The position numbers and the translations under genes were made by a program. Below the pieces are notes generated by a model. The model made no database searches, was not told the origin of the DNA, and saw only the letters and a list, made by a program, of their open reading frames with translations. 64,000 bases of DNA, from contig OZ024740.1 in the NCBI GenBank assembly GCA_964016885.1, positions 145,700,001 through 145,764,000 of the forward strand, written 5' to 3'. Below are positions 23,388 through 36,260 of the stretch, in pieces. Positions within the stretch are counted from its first letter, which is position 1. Each line of letters begins with the position of its first letter. This DNA is from Eledone cirrhosa (lineage: Eukaryota).

Positions 23388-25473
23388 AAGCCCCTCTACA
23401 TGGCATTTGTTGACCTCGAGAAAGCTTTTGACAGAGTCCCCCATGCCATGATCAAGCGGGTTCTTAGAAAACTAGGAGTAGATGAGTGGCTTGTGAAGGC
23501 AGTACAAGCCATGTACAGAAGAGCAGTCAGTAAGGTTAGTGAAGAATTTAGCATGCAGTTAGGAGTTCATCAAGATTCCATTCTTAGCTCTCTCCTGTTA
23601 ATTAAAAGCAAGCAGGCTATAACAGAAGAGTTTTAGATTGGCTGCCCATGGGATTTCCTGTATGCTGATGATCTAACCCTTGTAGCTAAATCTATGGCTT
23701 GGCCTAGAATCAAAAAGGTCTTAAAGTCAACTTGGCAAAACTGAAGTCCTAGGAAGTAGAAAGGTAAACAAGGCCCAGATCCCCTCAGGGAAATGGCCAT
23801 ACTCAGTGTGCAGGAAAGGAGTAGGTAGAAATTCCAAGTGCAAACTATGTGCACATGAGATGTAGAGGGATCTCAGGCAGGCGAGGAAAGAACATAGGTT
23901 TTGTATGTGGTCAATACACAGGAGCAGTAAGTAGCAAGAGCTCACAGGAAAAACTAACTCCTTTAACCCTTTAGCATTTAAACTGGCCATATCTGGCCTG
24001 AATTCTTTCACCTCTTTATAACTGGCCACTCTCACTGGATATAACTGGCCACTCACACTGACGTTAAGCTATTGTTTTCAAAATAAATAATATCAAAATC
24101 TTATAGATTCGATATTATGTGAGATAAGTATGTGAGAGAAAGCCTTTACCATGAAAACACTAGTAATGTAAATGCTAAAGGGTTAAATGGCAAGAAGGCT
24201 CAGTAGAAGTCGTTGATAGTTTCTGTTACCTTGGTGACCAAATTAGCAGTGGAGATGGGTGTCCAGGAAGTATACTAACTAGAGTGAGAATGGGATGAAA
24301 AAATTCAGTGAGCTCCTACCACTGCTAGTTACAAAAGTTTTTTTTTTTACCTTCAATATGAAAGGCAGATTGTATGAAGCTTGTGTACAATGTGTGAGGA
24401 GAATGACAGTTGCAAAAAAAAAAGTGAAAAGCACACAAAGTGAATGGAAACTATAGAAGAGGAAGACCTAGGAAAGCATGGGATGAAGTGATAAAAGCTG
24501 ACTTTGCACAATTAAACTGCACAAAGGAGATGACACAGAATCAAGATCTCTGGTGTCAAGCTGTACTGCAAAAGACCCGCCTTCAACATGTAAAAATTGA
24601 AATGAAACAAACATGTAGAGGATGTGCACCAATCTTCTTTTCACCTCTCCCCTGTCTTAATGCCCCACCCTCACCTGCTAAATACCCATGCAGCTCAATG
24701 TTGAACTTGCTTACCTGCCCCTCACTCCAAACTCTCACCCCTGATACACCTTGCCTATTTAACCCATGCATACAAGCATGAAAACTGGACAAGCTCTACA
24801 TCTGATCTCTCACAATGCCATTGCCATAACAAAAAGCACTAAGTCCACCCTGTGTGCTAATCTGGTGCCTCAACAATAAACGGACCTAGTGCATCCTGTA
24901 AGATGATCACATTGGTGACACAGGGAAAAGCACGTAAACCAAACTGTAAAATGGACGTGATCATGCTGGTGACACGACAAAAAGCACCCAGTCAACTCTG
25001 TTTAGGTGCCACCATAAAAAGTACCCAGTCCACACTGTAACATGGTTGGTGTTAGAAAGTACCTGCCCTCCCATATGCTCGAGCTGAGGCATATATCTAG
25101 TAGACAACACCTTCCTCTACCATCTCCCCTCCCATACACCTACCTTGCTGTAACCATCCCTCCCCTATACCTACGTCCTCAATTTCCCCAAGCTTCTTCC
25201 CCACCCACCCAAGTTCCCATCCTACACCATGAAGTGGTCCCTCTGGAGCCACAACAAAAGTGACCAGTCCATGCTGCAAAGTGGTCATGTAGCACCTAGC
25301 ACACACTGTAAATGTGGTTGGCATTATAAGAAGGGTATCCAGCCATAGAAACTAAGCCAAAATCAGTCCATGTGAGCGAAACACAGTCCTTCAACCACAT
25401 CTCGCACAAAGAGACAGCCTATCCTACCCTTGCTACCGTGGAAAATGTACGTTAAACAACGATGATGATGATG
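23388..25473 (+). mobile_element. Older degenerate RTE (RT, PHD, C-terminus, long repeated 3' UTR) with MITE insertion
   Basis: KPLYMAFVDLEKAFDRVP, YADD, GRPRKAW, KTRL motifs. The 3' UTR carries multiple repeat units. Tail gtacgttaaacaac(gat)n. Confidence 0.85.
23967..24182 (+). mobile_element. piggyBac-type MITE family 1, inserted in RTE
   Basis: Perfect TTAA duplication (23963, 24183). TIR CCCTTTAGCATTT. RTE sequence is contiguous across the site. Confidence 0.9.
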
Positions 25474-25754
25474 TATATATATAGAGAGAGAGAGAGTTCA
25501 AGAATAAACGAGACAAACACAAAAGGTCTAATAGGATTCATACATTGGAATGAAAATAAAGAAAAAGGAAATGGGAAGTAAATAAATGTCAATGTATCAG
25601 ACATAAGACTTTCTTCAGGTAAGAGTAAAGTTTGGGGATAGAGAGAAGGTTAAAAAAAAATAAAATCCTGCTATTCTAACCTGTATCTTCACCCAGGAAT
25701 ATCTATGATCTTTAAATTTCTGGACTATATATGTGTGTGTGTATTTATATATAT

Positions 25755-26089
25755 GGAGGCACATGGCTTAGTGGTTAGAGCATTGGGCTTGCAATCGAAA
25801 GGTTGTGAGTTCAATTCTCAGACCGGGTGATGTGTTGTTTCCTTGAGCAAGACACTTTATTTCACATTGCTCCAGTTTACTCAGCTGTAGAAATGAGATG
25901 ATAGGGACTGGAGTCCCTATCATTCCACTGCAAAGTGGTCGTGGAGGTGCCACGGCAAAAAGCACCCAGTACTCACTGTAAATGAGGTTGGTGTTAGGAA
26001 GGGCATCCAGCTGTAGAAATCAAGCCAGAATCAGTTCCTGTCCCACCCTTGCAAGCAAGGAAAAGCAGACGTAAAATGATAATATGATA
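25755..26089 (+). mobile_element. tRNA-derived SINE (CORE-like middle, RTE-type tail), copy 2
   Basis: GGAGGCACATGGCTTAGTGGTTAGAGC (A box), GAGTTCAATTC (B box), CORE-like CCTTGAGCAAGACACTT, RTE UTR block and RTE-B terminus. Flanked by (TA)n. Confidence 0.9.
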
Positions 26090-29000
26090 ATATATATATA
26101 TATATATATACACATATATATTTAATTGGCAGTAGCACTAAAACAGCATTTAAGTATAATAGATATGTATATACAATAAACATATGGGTAGCCCACAGTC
26201 AATGAAAAATATTTTTTTGTAACGAAAAAATATTTTTCTCTATTTTCCTCTGTGAATGTATCACAGAGTTGCCAGTACATTTTGCAAATGTCAGAGAGCA
26301 CTGTTTCAAAATTTGTTAATCATCGAGTGATACTAACTCAACCCATACTGGTATGGAAATAGACTAGAGTCAATATAGAATTTCACGTGATGATCATTTG
26401 CATATAACAAATAGAAAACATCAGCTGGAAATGCTCATTTACATATAGTGCAAAGTTGGTTATATTTAATTGGAAGTAACACTAAGTCTGCAATTAAGCA
26501 TAATAGAGATGTATATATACAATGGGTGCTTGGAGTTTTTTCCCATCATACAGTCTGATCAAGGCCGCCAAACCAAGGTTGATCAGGCCCTGACTCGATT
26601 CCAAATTTATTGATATTACTTCGAATATGACTCCATATAAAGTTTAAATTAACAATCACATTAACATTTCTTCAACTAAAATTCATGTCCCAGTAAAAGT
26701 AAAGTAAGGTAGGTAAAAGGCACTTAACTCCTGATGGAGTTGGACATTTTAAAACCTGGCAGATCCCATCACTCTCCATGTCAGAACTCAGCCGATTTCT
26801 CCCAGAGAGAGAAAAACCTCAAAAGGGTGAAAGACAAAGCTAACCTTGATGGGATTTTAATCCAGAATGCAATGAGTCAGAACAAATACCAAGACATTTT
26901 TAATCGAACACCTTAATGACTCTGCTAATTTGCAGCCTAGAAGTAGAGTACAAGCTAGTAATGTTAGATATGCAAAAAAAACTTGCCAAATAGAATGTGA
27001 CTGAAAAGAAAATGAATAAAAATGTATGAGGTTCAAACTGAAATATGCAAAAATTGATTAATTTTCAATGACACCTTATTATAGAAAGCAACAAGAAAAT
27101 AAATTTGTGAAGCCCTGGGAAGAGAACAGATGACACAAGATAGGGAACATTCAAAAACTTTACTAAACCATTTTTTCCAAAACCATGCCAATATGAATAT
27201 TCAAAAGTTAATAAGGAATTTCACATAAGATTATTCCAGTTTCAGAAAATTGAATTAAAGTTTATGATTTGGCTCTCTGGGAACTAAAAATAGAATAATA
27301 AAATTATGCACTCTTGTGTTGAAGATAAAACTCTTTAATGTAAGTAGCTTTCCCATATCTCTGGATGAGGATCTAACAGTCCGACATAGTTTCATAACAC
27401 TAATAGAATCATTACTTATATAAAGGAAAAACTACACATGAACAACTTTCAAAATCTCATTCCCACAGGTTAGGAATTACCATCTCATGAGCCCTTCTTT
27501 ATCTTTAGCTTTGCCACATATGCTTCAGAGGAAGACAGCTTCTTTTTTTTCAAGGTTCAGAAAGAACTTTTCTTATAACTGGAATGTTGCACTCCTATTA
27601 ATCTTCTAAAAACTATTCGCCTTCTTTTGCAAACAACTATAAGACCTTGACCCACCATTATAAAGTGTTCTTACTGCCTATTTTACAGTTACAACAACTA
27701 TTTTTGCTTTTTTAGCAACAAAACTATATCATGCACCCATTTCTAATTCTAAACAACTCATAAGCTTCACTAGTAAACATTACTTGCAGATATTTGTTAC
27801 AAGGGCTATTATACACTTTCTACTCAACACTAATCTCCAACTTTTCAAGTTATACCTTAACTGACAGATTTCTCCATCCTTCAAATCCAACAAGAATGTA
27901 AGAAATTAATAATCCTCTTTCAGATATAATAAAAAAAAGTAGAATCCATTTTACATAAAAATTAATATTTAAATTGCAGAGAAAAATACAATGCAACAGC
28001 TTTTTTATGATTATATCAAAATAGGGGAGTCACCTTTTGGTCCTGACTGAACATTGGTTTGCATCTAGAAAGTTCCGTTCCAAAGCACAAGCCTAGGCAA
28101 GGCGATTTGGAGGAAAACCAGCAGTCACCCATGCATGCCCATCTCCTCTCTTTGTGTCACTGATGTTGTCCATTTAATTAATGAAAACCACAGTTGACAA
28201 TCCAACATCTGTGTACCAATTAATGTCACTGTAAAGGAATTTGGAGATTCTATAAAAGAGAGAGTGTGAAACTAGCAGTTGTAGCATCACAATTTTTATT
28301 GTCATTGAAATCAATCATCAGCTTTGGCATAGCTGAGGTTTCTTGCCTTCTCAGCATATAAGTGCTTTATATAATTGTCTAAAACTAAACAGGCATGAGT
28401 TTGACAAAAATAGATTTCAATGAAAATTACAGAAAACACCACACAACATATATGTTATTAATTATATGTATAAATATATTTAGTTTACATGAGAAGGAAT
28501 TTTAAAATCCAAGCCAAACCAGTCCATTATCTGCTCTTTCATTAATGAGTAAATAATTTATAGAATTATATGTAAAATCAGTGACTAGAGTTTAATTTTC
28601 TTGCAGAAACAATTTCTTATGGATAAACCTTTGTTTTTATATTGATTAATGAGACAATGAAGCACAGCTGAATGACTTTCGTAGGCCATCTCAGACCAGT
28701 GAAACTCTCTTTCATAAGAATTCTGGTGTAAATGAACTATGCAAGTTTTCTAGTTCAGAAAATTGTAGTGGGTGTAAAAAAAAACGTACATGTGTGAACC
28801 AATGGTTTTAATGTGTGAGCCTTAACTAATAAATTGAATGACCTTCATCTAAATGTTGCTAAAGATATTTGTGGCAGCACTGTCCTAGAAATGTGAGCAG
28901 TACTGAAATGTTAATTTTATTTAAGCTTTGTGGAGGTTCAGCAAAAATGTATGTGTAAGGTTACCATAAAAGTGTCAAAAATTTTGAGTCTAACATTTGT

Positions 29001-29369
29001 AGTGACCTTCAGAGTTTTATTGCATTGATCAAGTGCTACAATTGTTCATGTCTGATGTGAGGTATCTATGTTATATGTAGAGAATATCTATACATAGAAA
29101 ATAAGAAGCTATAAAAGCTGGAATATTCTGCAAAGGAATATATGTGGCTAGAAATAAAAGTAGATAGGTTGTTAAAGAATATGATTATCAAGTTAATTCA
29201 TAGTTAATTACCTAATAAATCAAATATGGACCTATCTCTCTCACGTAAAACTACTAAAATTTCTATGACCTTCTTTGAAAACATTAAACAATTTTATAAA
29301 TTTCAAAGATATATTGAGATTCTCACAACAATCTATTGTATTTCAAATCTAGTTTTCCATTTGTTGCAT

Positions 29370-29617
29370 AAAAGCACCCAGTCCACTCCGTAAACTTGTA
29401 GTGCTGGTACCCCTCATAACGGAGCCATCCAGTTCCCCCACTGCAAATGTGCTTGGTGTTAGGAAGGGCAACCAACTGTAAAATACCCAGCCACATTTAC
29501 AATCCTTGCCAGAACAAAGTGCAACATGCCCAACTCTGGCCAGACTTGCCTCACGGTGTGGTCGACCAGTCTAACCAATGCAAGCATGGAAAAATGGATG
29601 CGAAACGGTGATGATGA
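29370..29617 (+). mobile_element. RTE 3' UTR-type fragment
   Basis: aaagcacccagtccactccgtaaa...gttaggaagggca...caagcatggaaaaatggatgcgaaacggt(gat)n. Confidence 0.7.
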
Positions 29618-29784
29618 TATATATTGTATATATTGATATAAAATCTTAATATATAAATCATAAGATGAGGAAAAAACTAATTGTGTTTTATAAAGCTGTC
29701 ATATTTTATACTTTCCCAATATCATATTCTATGTCTATTTTAAAAACAAATACCAAATAAAATTATAAAAGCATAAATGAATTG

Positions 29785-30374
29785 AATTGAGAGAAAGACT
29801 GAGCATAAGAGGAATCAAATGCTGTGTGCAGGAGAGGCGGTTGCGCTGGTATGGACATGTGATGCGTATGAAGGATGACAGCTGCATAAAAAGGTGCAGA
29901 GCACTAGAAGTCGATGGAAACCGCGGAGTAGGGAGACCCAAGATGACCTGGGATGAGGTGATAAAAGCTGACCTTACCCAATTACACCTCTCAAAGGCGA
30001 TGACACACGACCGTGACCTCTGGCGTCACGCAGTAATACAGAGTACCCGACCTCCCGTGGGTACAAGCTGAAGCATATAGACAATATGCCCCCACATCCC
30101 CAACTGCAAGGTGGTCGTGGAGGTGCCACGGCAAAAAAGCACCCAGCCCACATTGTAAAGTGGACGTGTAGGCGCCACGAAAAAGCACCCAGCACTCACT
30201 GTATATGAGGTTGGTGTTAGGAAGGGCATCCAGCTGTAGAAATCAAGCCAAATCAGTTCCTGTATGAGCAAGGCATGGTCAGCCGACCAGACACTGCCCA
30301 CAACAGGACAACCCGTCTAACCCATGCTAGCATGGAAGAACGGACGTAAAACGGTGATGATGATGATGATGATG
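29785..30374 (+). mobile_element. RTE subfamily C 3' fragment
   Basis: ORF RERLSIRGIKCCVQERRLRWYGH..GRPKMTW, a distinct 3' UTR and a (GAT)n tail. Confidence 0.92.
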
Positions 30375-30732
30375 AATTCTACATTATAAAACAAGTTATT
30401 TAATTATATCAGCTGAATCTCATTTTTAATCAACTTTTGTAATATGAAAAAATAGAAAAATAATTAACATAAGTAATAATATAACCACCAGTAGCCTTCT
30501 GAATAAACTGGTTTCTGAATTTTACTGGTTTCAGTTATTAGACTGGTCATGCTGGGGCACTGATCAATATATCAACCCCAGTGTTTATTATTTTTTGGTA
30601 CTTATTTTAATGATCCATGTTTATTGAAGTTCTGAGTCATTGATCAACCTGAGATTATAGTAGAAGACATATACCAATGGTGCCATGCATTGGGACAAAA
30701 TCCAGAATAACATGATTGCAATGCAAACTTAA

Positions 30733-30950
30733 CCTTTTAGCATTTAAACCAGCTGTATCCAGTCAGAATTCTCTCACCTCTTTCTGTTCAAACCGGCTGT
30801 AACTAGCCACTCATACTGATGTTAAGGTATTGTTCTCAAAATAAATATCAAAATTTCATTGATTCGATATTTTGTGAGATAATTATGGGAGGTAAAGACT
30901 TTACCGTAAAAATACAATAGTAAATATATAGTAATGTAAATGCTAAGGGG
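30733..30950 (+). mobile_element. piggyBac-type MITE family 1
   Basis: TTAA at 30729 and 30951, with TIRs. Confidence 0.85.
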
Positions 30951-31364
30951 TTAAACTACACAATAATGTCTGCACTTCACATTTTGATATATTTTTAATA
31001 AATATATATTTTTAAAGAGGATATTCGGAAAAAGGAATTGTATTGTTATCCTAAACAAAAGGTAGAATCACAACTGACAAAAAAATTCATAAACATCTAA
31101 CAACTCACAGTAAACAAAAATATGCTTGTTAACTCTGCAGTCAATAAATAGGACAAGCCAAAATGTTATATAGCATGCATGACATGTATGGACCTGTAAC
31201 TCCAGAGGGAGTCATAGGGGCACTGTATTGACATACAGCATCTAGGACATTTCTTTTAACCTGGTGGAGCCGATCTCCTCTCCACGTCTGAATACAGCAG
31301 ATTTCTTCCAGAGAAGGATAAAAAGTGAGCGAATGAAAATGAGAAAGAGATATAAAAGAAGAAT

Positions 31365-31512
31365 CGACCCAATACCTAACTGGTACTTTTTTTATCGACC
31401 TCAAATAGATGACGGGCAAAGTTGATCTCAGCAGAATTTGAACTCAGAGAGCCGAAACAAATACCGCAAAGTATTCTGTCCATCATTCTAACTTTTCTGC
31501 CAATTCACCGAC
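31365..31512 (-). mobile_element. SINE fragment ((ATT)n-tailed family or relative)
   Basis: ctggtactttt..atcgacc...gaatttgaactcaga (reverse complement of core and B box). Confidence 0.6.
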
Positions 31513-33299
31513 CTTTAAGATAGCATGTTAGTACTAATATTTAACGTCCATTTTCCTTGCTAGCAAAGGTTGGATGAGTTGGTTTAATCTGAGCAACTGA
31601 GCTCTCAGACGAACCAGGTGGCCCAGCTCTCATTTACATACATCCCCCCCCCCCCCCTAACACATACACAATACATACCACAGTTGATATTTAACCCAAA
31701 GTTAGCCATAATCAAGCAGGCCGAGCAGATACTCAGAGCTGGAATGCTCTGACTATCAAATTCTTTATGACAATAGGGTGATTGATTTGAGGGAGACATG
31801 CCTATTATCTCTAACACTTCAAGTGACCAAACAGAGGTGGGTTATTCCAATGAAATTCAACAGGAGTCCATGATAACAAAACACTTGTTTTCTTTCATTT
31901 CTCATTCCTTCACACATTTGTTTTTCCCTCTCCATCTTTTGCTTTCAGTTTTCTCTTTTCCAAACTCTCTCACTTCCTTGCTGCAGCTATTGTTGGGTAT
32001 AGGTGATTTTTTTTTGTGTGTGTTTGTTTGAACTGAGAGGGAGGAATAGTATTTAGGATAGTCTTATTATAATGTTGAAGGCCGTTGTAGATGTGACAAG
32101 GAGATTGAAAGTGATTGGACACATAGTAGCAAGAGATGCAGTAAGTTGCATCTTGTTACAGAAAGACCATATAAGTCCAGGTGGCTTTTTATTTTGGCTA
32201 ATTTGGTTTTATTCTGTGTGTGAGAGAGAGAGGGGGAGAAAGAGAGAGAGAGAGAGGGGGAGAAAGAAAGAGAGAAGGGAGGTCTGTGTACAGCATCTGA
32301 TGATGCAAAATATATTACTGTGTGTTGTTTGTAGCCTTTGGTAGAGATTAGGAGCCAGACACAGCTTAGGAGCCAGACACAGCTGGTGTAATCCATGATG
32401 AATATATAACACTGTTGGTATACTAAGGTCAGTGTTTCTTCCTATTAATCAAATATAATGCCAATGGGTGCTTTTAGATGGGTTTATGTATTAGTTTCCT
32501 TTTTTACATATGTAATGTGAATGTTGTAGTTTTGTTGTTTAGCTCCTTGTCAGCCTTAATCTAGGAGATTTGGCTGCTATTTCTAACAGGTTCAATGACC
32601 AGGTAGAGATTCCCTCATTAGCTCTTCCATGTATGATATATGTTTATGAGGCTGAATGTGATGGTTGGTTGTATTTGGTTCTCTTTGATGTTGCTATTAA
32701 GGGGGCTGGTGGATTTGGTAGATACTACTTTTAATCTATTTGGTCAGTCTGTGTTTCTTGGTGGTTGATGTAAGATGGAAGTTGGTATATAACTATACCT
32801 GGAGATTAGTGGTAAAAAGAGGAGTCTACATGTTTTGTGTAACATGAAGACATGAATTAAATAGAGTGGGTTAGATGACACATCCTTGCCAAACTCCATT
32901 ACAGATTTTAGATGTGTTATTGTACTTTGTGTATGCTTTACATCAAACTTTTACATCTGTTTTTCCATACTTGCATTTCATCGATCAGCATTTTGTATTC
33001 TTTAAGTTAGTGATTAGTAATTTGACTAAGTAGATAGATAGGACTGGAGTTGACAGCTTTGTTGATATCAATTATAGCTCCAATGATGTACATTGTTATT
33101 GTTTTTCTGTTGCTGTGTAGCAAACCTATTCAAACAGATCATTGGTATATAGGAAGTCAGCTAAACTAGGTGTAATTCACAGATCCATAGTCATTTATAT
33201 GCCATGTCTGCATCTAATTGAGCATCATACAGCACACAAACAGGAAGTAGTTAAATTTTTTTTTTTTTACTCACTTCAAGCAAGACAAAGCCACTAAAA

Positions 33300-34180
33300 T
33301 GCAAGGGGTTATTGAGAAGAGAAAGGGACAAGACACAGAACATAATTCAAGAAGAGAGATGATGATTGATGTTACCTTTGAATTTCTGCAAATTGTAGTG
33401 GTCAAGAAAGCAAGGAGCCAGAAAAGAATTCCATAGGCAAGATGTACAAAAGAAGAAACTACTAGAATTGTATTGAGTGTAGTGTGACAGCCTAAACATA
33501 TTGAATTTTACATGTTTTTAATGTTTTTATTTTGTAAAGGTGGTCTATCAGTGTAGTTTGTGTCCAATGTGCTGTTGTATGTTCTTTGCCATTGGTTATG
33601 ATTTGTTGTGAAAAGATCAACAAATCAGACAAGACTGGCATAATTTACAATGGATCAAATGCATTGTTTGTGTACCATTTTGCTTTCTTTGCTATGTCTT
33701 CTCTGAGTGCTGTAAATACTGTATGTCATTTATAGTATATTTGTCTTTTGTGTATATGGTAAGTTTATGTTGTTAGTGTGATGGTTGGTTGTAATTGTTC
33801 TCTGGTGTTGCTAGTAAAAGAGATAGGTTTATTAAGTGCTACGTGAACTCTGTTGCTTTGGAACTAAGATTTCTAAATGATTGATGTAGGGCTTGATAAG
33901 TTGTGGAGAGAAGTGGAGAGAAGGTGTTTCTATATTGTTATCTGCATATGAGCGGTGTGTTCTGTTCTTGAGGCTAATATGCATGCTGTTTGAATATAGT
34001 GGTCTGAACCTATATAATGATGTGGAAAGAGGAATCTGGGATTGATGATATCGAGAATGAGACATTATAGATACTAAAATTTAATAGATTTGTGTGATAC
34101 AACTACAGTTGGAATTTTGTTAGATTTTAGAATTGCTATAATTTGACCAATTTTTCTGAGTATTGGCATTAGTGTTGCCA
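33300..34180 (-). mobile_element. Decayed CR1/Jockey-like LINE 3' relic
   Basis: The reverse complement near 33420-33470 gives an SFF..TS..LWNS-like terminal motif. Strand skew is strong and boundaries are rough. Confidence 0.35.
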
Positions 34181-34699
34181 TATGTCAGTTTTGATGAAGT
34201 AGACTTTTAATCAAAAACTATCTTTGATCATAACCATTCCGTCTTTTTGTTGGTAAAATGACTAATTCTTTCAGGCCCTAAAGAGACTCAATGTAGTCAC
34301 TTACCCTCATAGAATTAGCAGCCAAATCTCCATCAAACTATAATACTTAAAAAGGAATAGCAGTGAAGAATTTAATTCTGGAAACAATAAGCCAATAAAG
34401 AATCCCAAAAGGATTTTCAGTGAGAATGCTGATCAAACAATATATGAATTTGATAAAAGAAAAAGAACAGTGGGTCCTCCCAACCCTTTTGTTTGGCAAG
34501 ATTTCTATGGTTAGATGCCCTTCCTATCACCACCCACTTTACAGCATGTACTAGGTGTGTTTATCATGTAGGTCACCAAACACTAGGGAGAGTGTGATGT
34601 ACGTAACACGACTGAAAAGTCCTCCCAACATCTTTGTTTTGTTTGTCTGTTTGTTTAGCCCTTCACAGTTAACTCTCAGTTTGCTTATGCTATAGACTC

Positions 34700-36260
34700 A
34701 GTTATGAGGACTAAATCATCAGCATATAGGAGCTCCCATGGCATGCCAGTTTTAAACTCCTCAGTGATGGCCTGAAGCACAATGATAAACAGGAATGTAC
34801 TGAGGACAGATCCCTGGTGAATCCCCACTGTACTCATTGCCAACACTCACTCTGCTGGTAGCTCTTCTATACATGGCTTGCATGGCCCTCACAAGCCATT
34901 CACCTACACCTAGCTTCCTAAGTACCCACCAGATTATAGAGTGTGGGACCTTGTCAAAGGCCTTCTCCAGATCAACAAATGCTAGATACAGTGGCTTACT
35001 ATTAATTAAATATCTCCTGTAGTTGTCTAGCCAAAAAAAAAAGGTATCAGTACTTCTACCTGGCATAAATCCAAACTGCATCTCATCTAACTTGATTCTG
35101 TCCCTAATTAGCTGTGCTATAACCCTTTCAGTAACTTTCATGATCCATTAACTTGATGTCTCTATAGTTACTTCTCTCTAGTGCATCCCCTTTGGCCTTG
35201 TAGCAATTTACAATGACACCTCTGCGCCAGTCATTGGGTGTGACACCATCCTGTATTACTTGATGAAATATGCGCCTGACTAGCTTGTATCCTACCAAGT
35301 CAGATGCTTTTAGCATCTCAGTGATTATACCAGATGGTCCAGCCGTTTTCCCTACCTTCATGTCCTTATTGCTTCATCTGTCAAACTGCTGTCAACTTTT
35401 ACGGCTGGTGCCTCAGTAGGGTCTGTATAGGGTAGGCCCTCACTGTCCCATTCATTTTCCTTGTTTAGCAGTCTCTCACAGTATGTCTTCCATGTCACCT
35501 TTAGCATACTGTCTTGCAATCCTGAATACTTCACACCTCTGATCTTCACAGTGCAGAATATGTACAAACTTTTTCTTTTCTGCCTCTCCCCTTGCTAGAT
35601 ATACTTGGCACCTAGCCTCCCTTCTTGCTATCTGGTATTGATTTCTGTCTCCTCTGTTTTCCTTTATATTCTAATGACTCTTTCTACTTTGTCATTCCAC
35701 CACCATGTCACCCTACATCTTGGTGGGACCTTGCTCCTGCTGCAGGTTGTCCATTAGACATTCTTAATTTTTCTCTATGTCATATGTCCCTAACTCCTCT
35801 TCCTTACTGTCATGGGTGTCAAGAAGGATTTCTCTAAATTTGTTACCTACATAGGGTTCTCTCAACTTCTACGTCTTCCTTCTCCAAACTGTTTTTTGTC
35901 TCTTGGTCCACAAAGCCCTTACTCTAAAGTCACTGACAACTAATCTATGTTGGGAGGTACATTCCTCCTCAGGATAGGACTTGGTATTTACAACCATTTG
36001 TTTGTCTTGTTTCCCCCTGATTGGTAAGTAATCAGGTGGTTGGCTGATTTCTGGAAGTTGGGATTACAGATCATTAATTCAAGAGCATCACAGAACTCCA
36101 GAAGCCTGGTTTCCTCCTCGTTGCTTGTGTCAAATCCGTAGAGTGTGTATGCCAGGGAATCCCTCCTGATGTTTCCCAACATGTCCTTTGAAGTCACCAG
36201 CTGCGATCATAAGATCGCTGTCATCTGTCATTGTGGTAGTCTGTATAAGGACCTCGCAAA
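34700..36260 (-). mobile_element. Degenerate RTE (EN to RT YADD)
   Basis: AGDF, LEFCDA..HLITY, GKTAGPSG, DEMQFGF, DLEKAFD and LLYADD motifs across several frames. Confidence 0.88.

Noticed and set aside
24820-25350. CRISPR-like repeat array
   Set aside because: Degenerate tandem units without unique spacers, inside a retrotransposon UTR in eukaryotic DNA, with no cas genes.
25755-25830. tRNA gene
   Set aside because: A and B boxes are present, but the acceptor and anticodon stems do not pair, and the sequence continues into a SINE body.
30116-30165. Pistol ribozyme or preQ1 riboswitch
   Set aside because: It shares a CGTGG/CCACG stem and an A-rich strand, but lacks pistol P2 and the GCG/GU core, and lacks the preQ1 loop consensus. 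Kept as an unclassified module.
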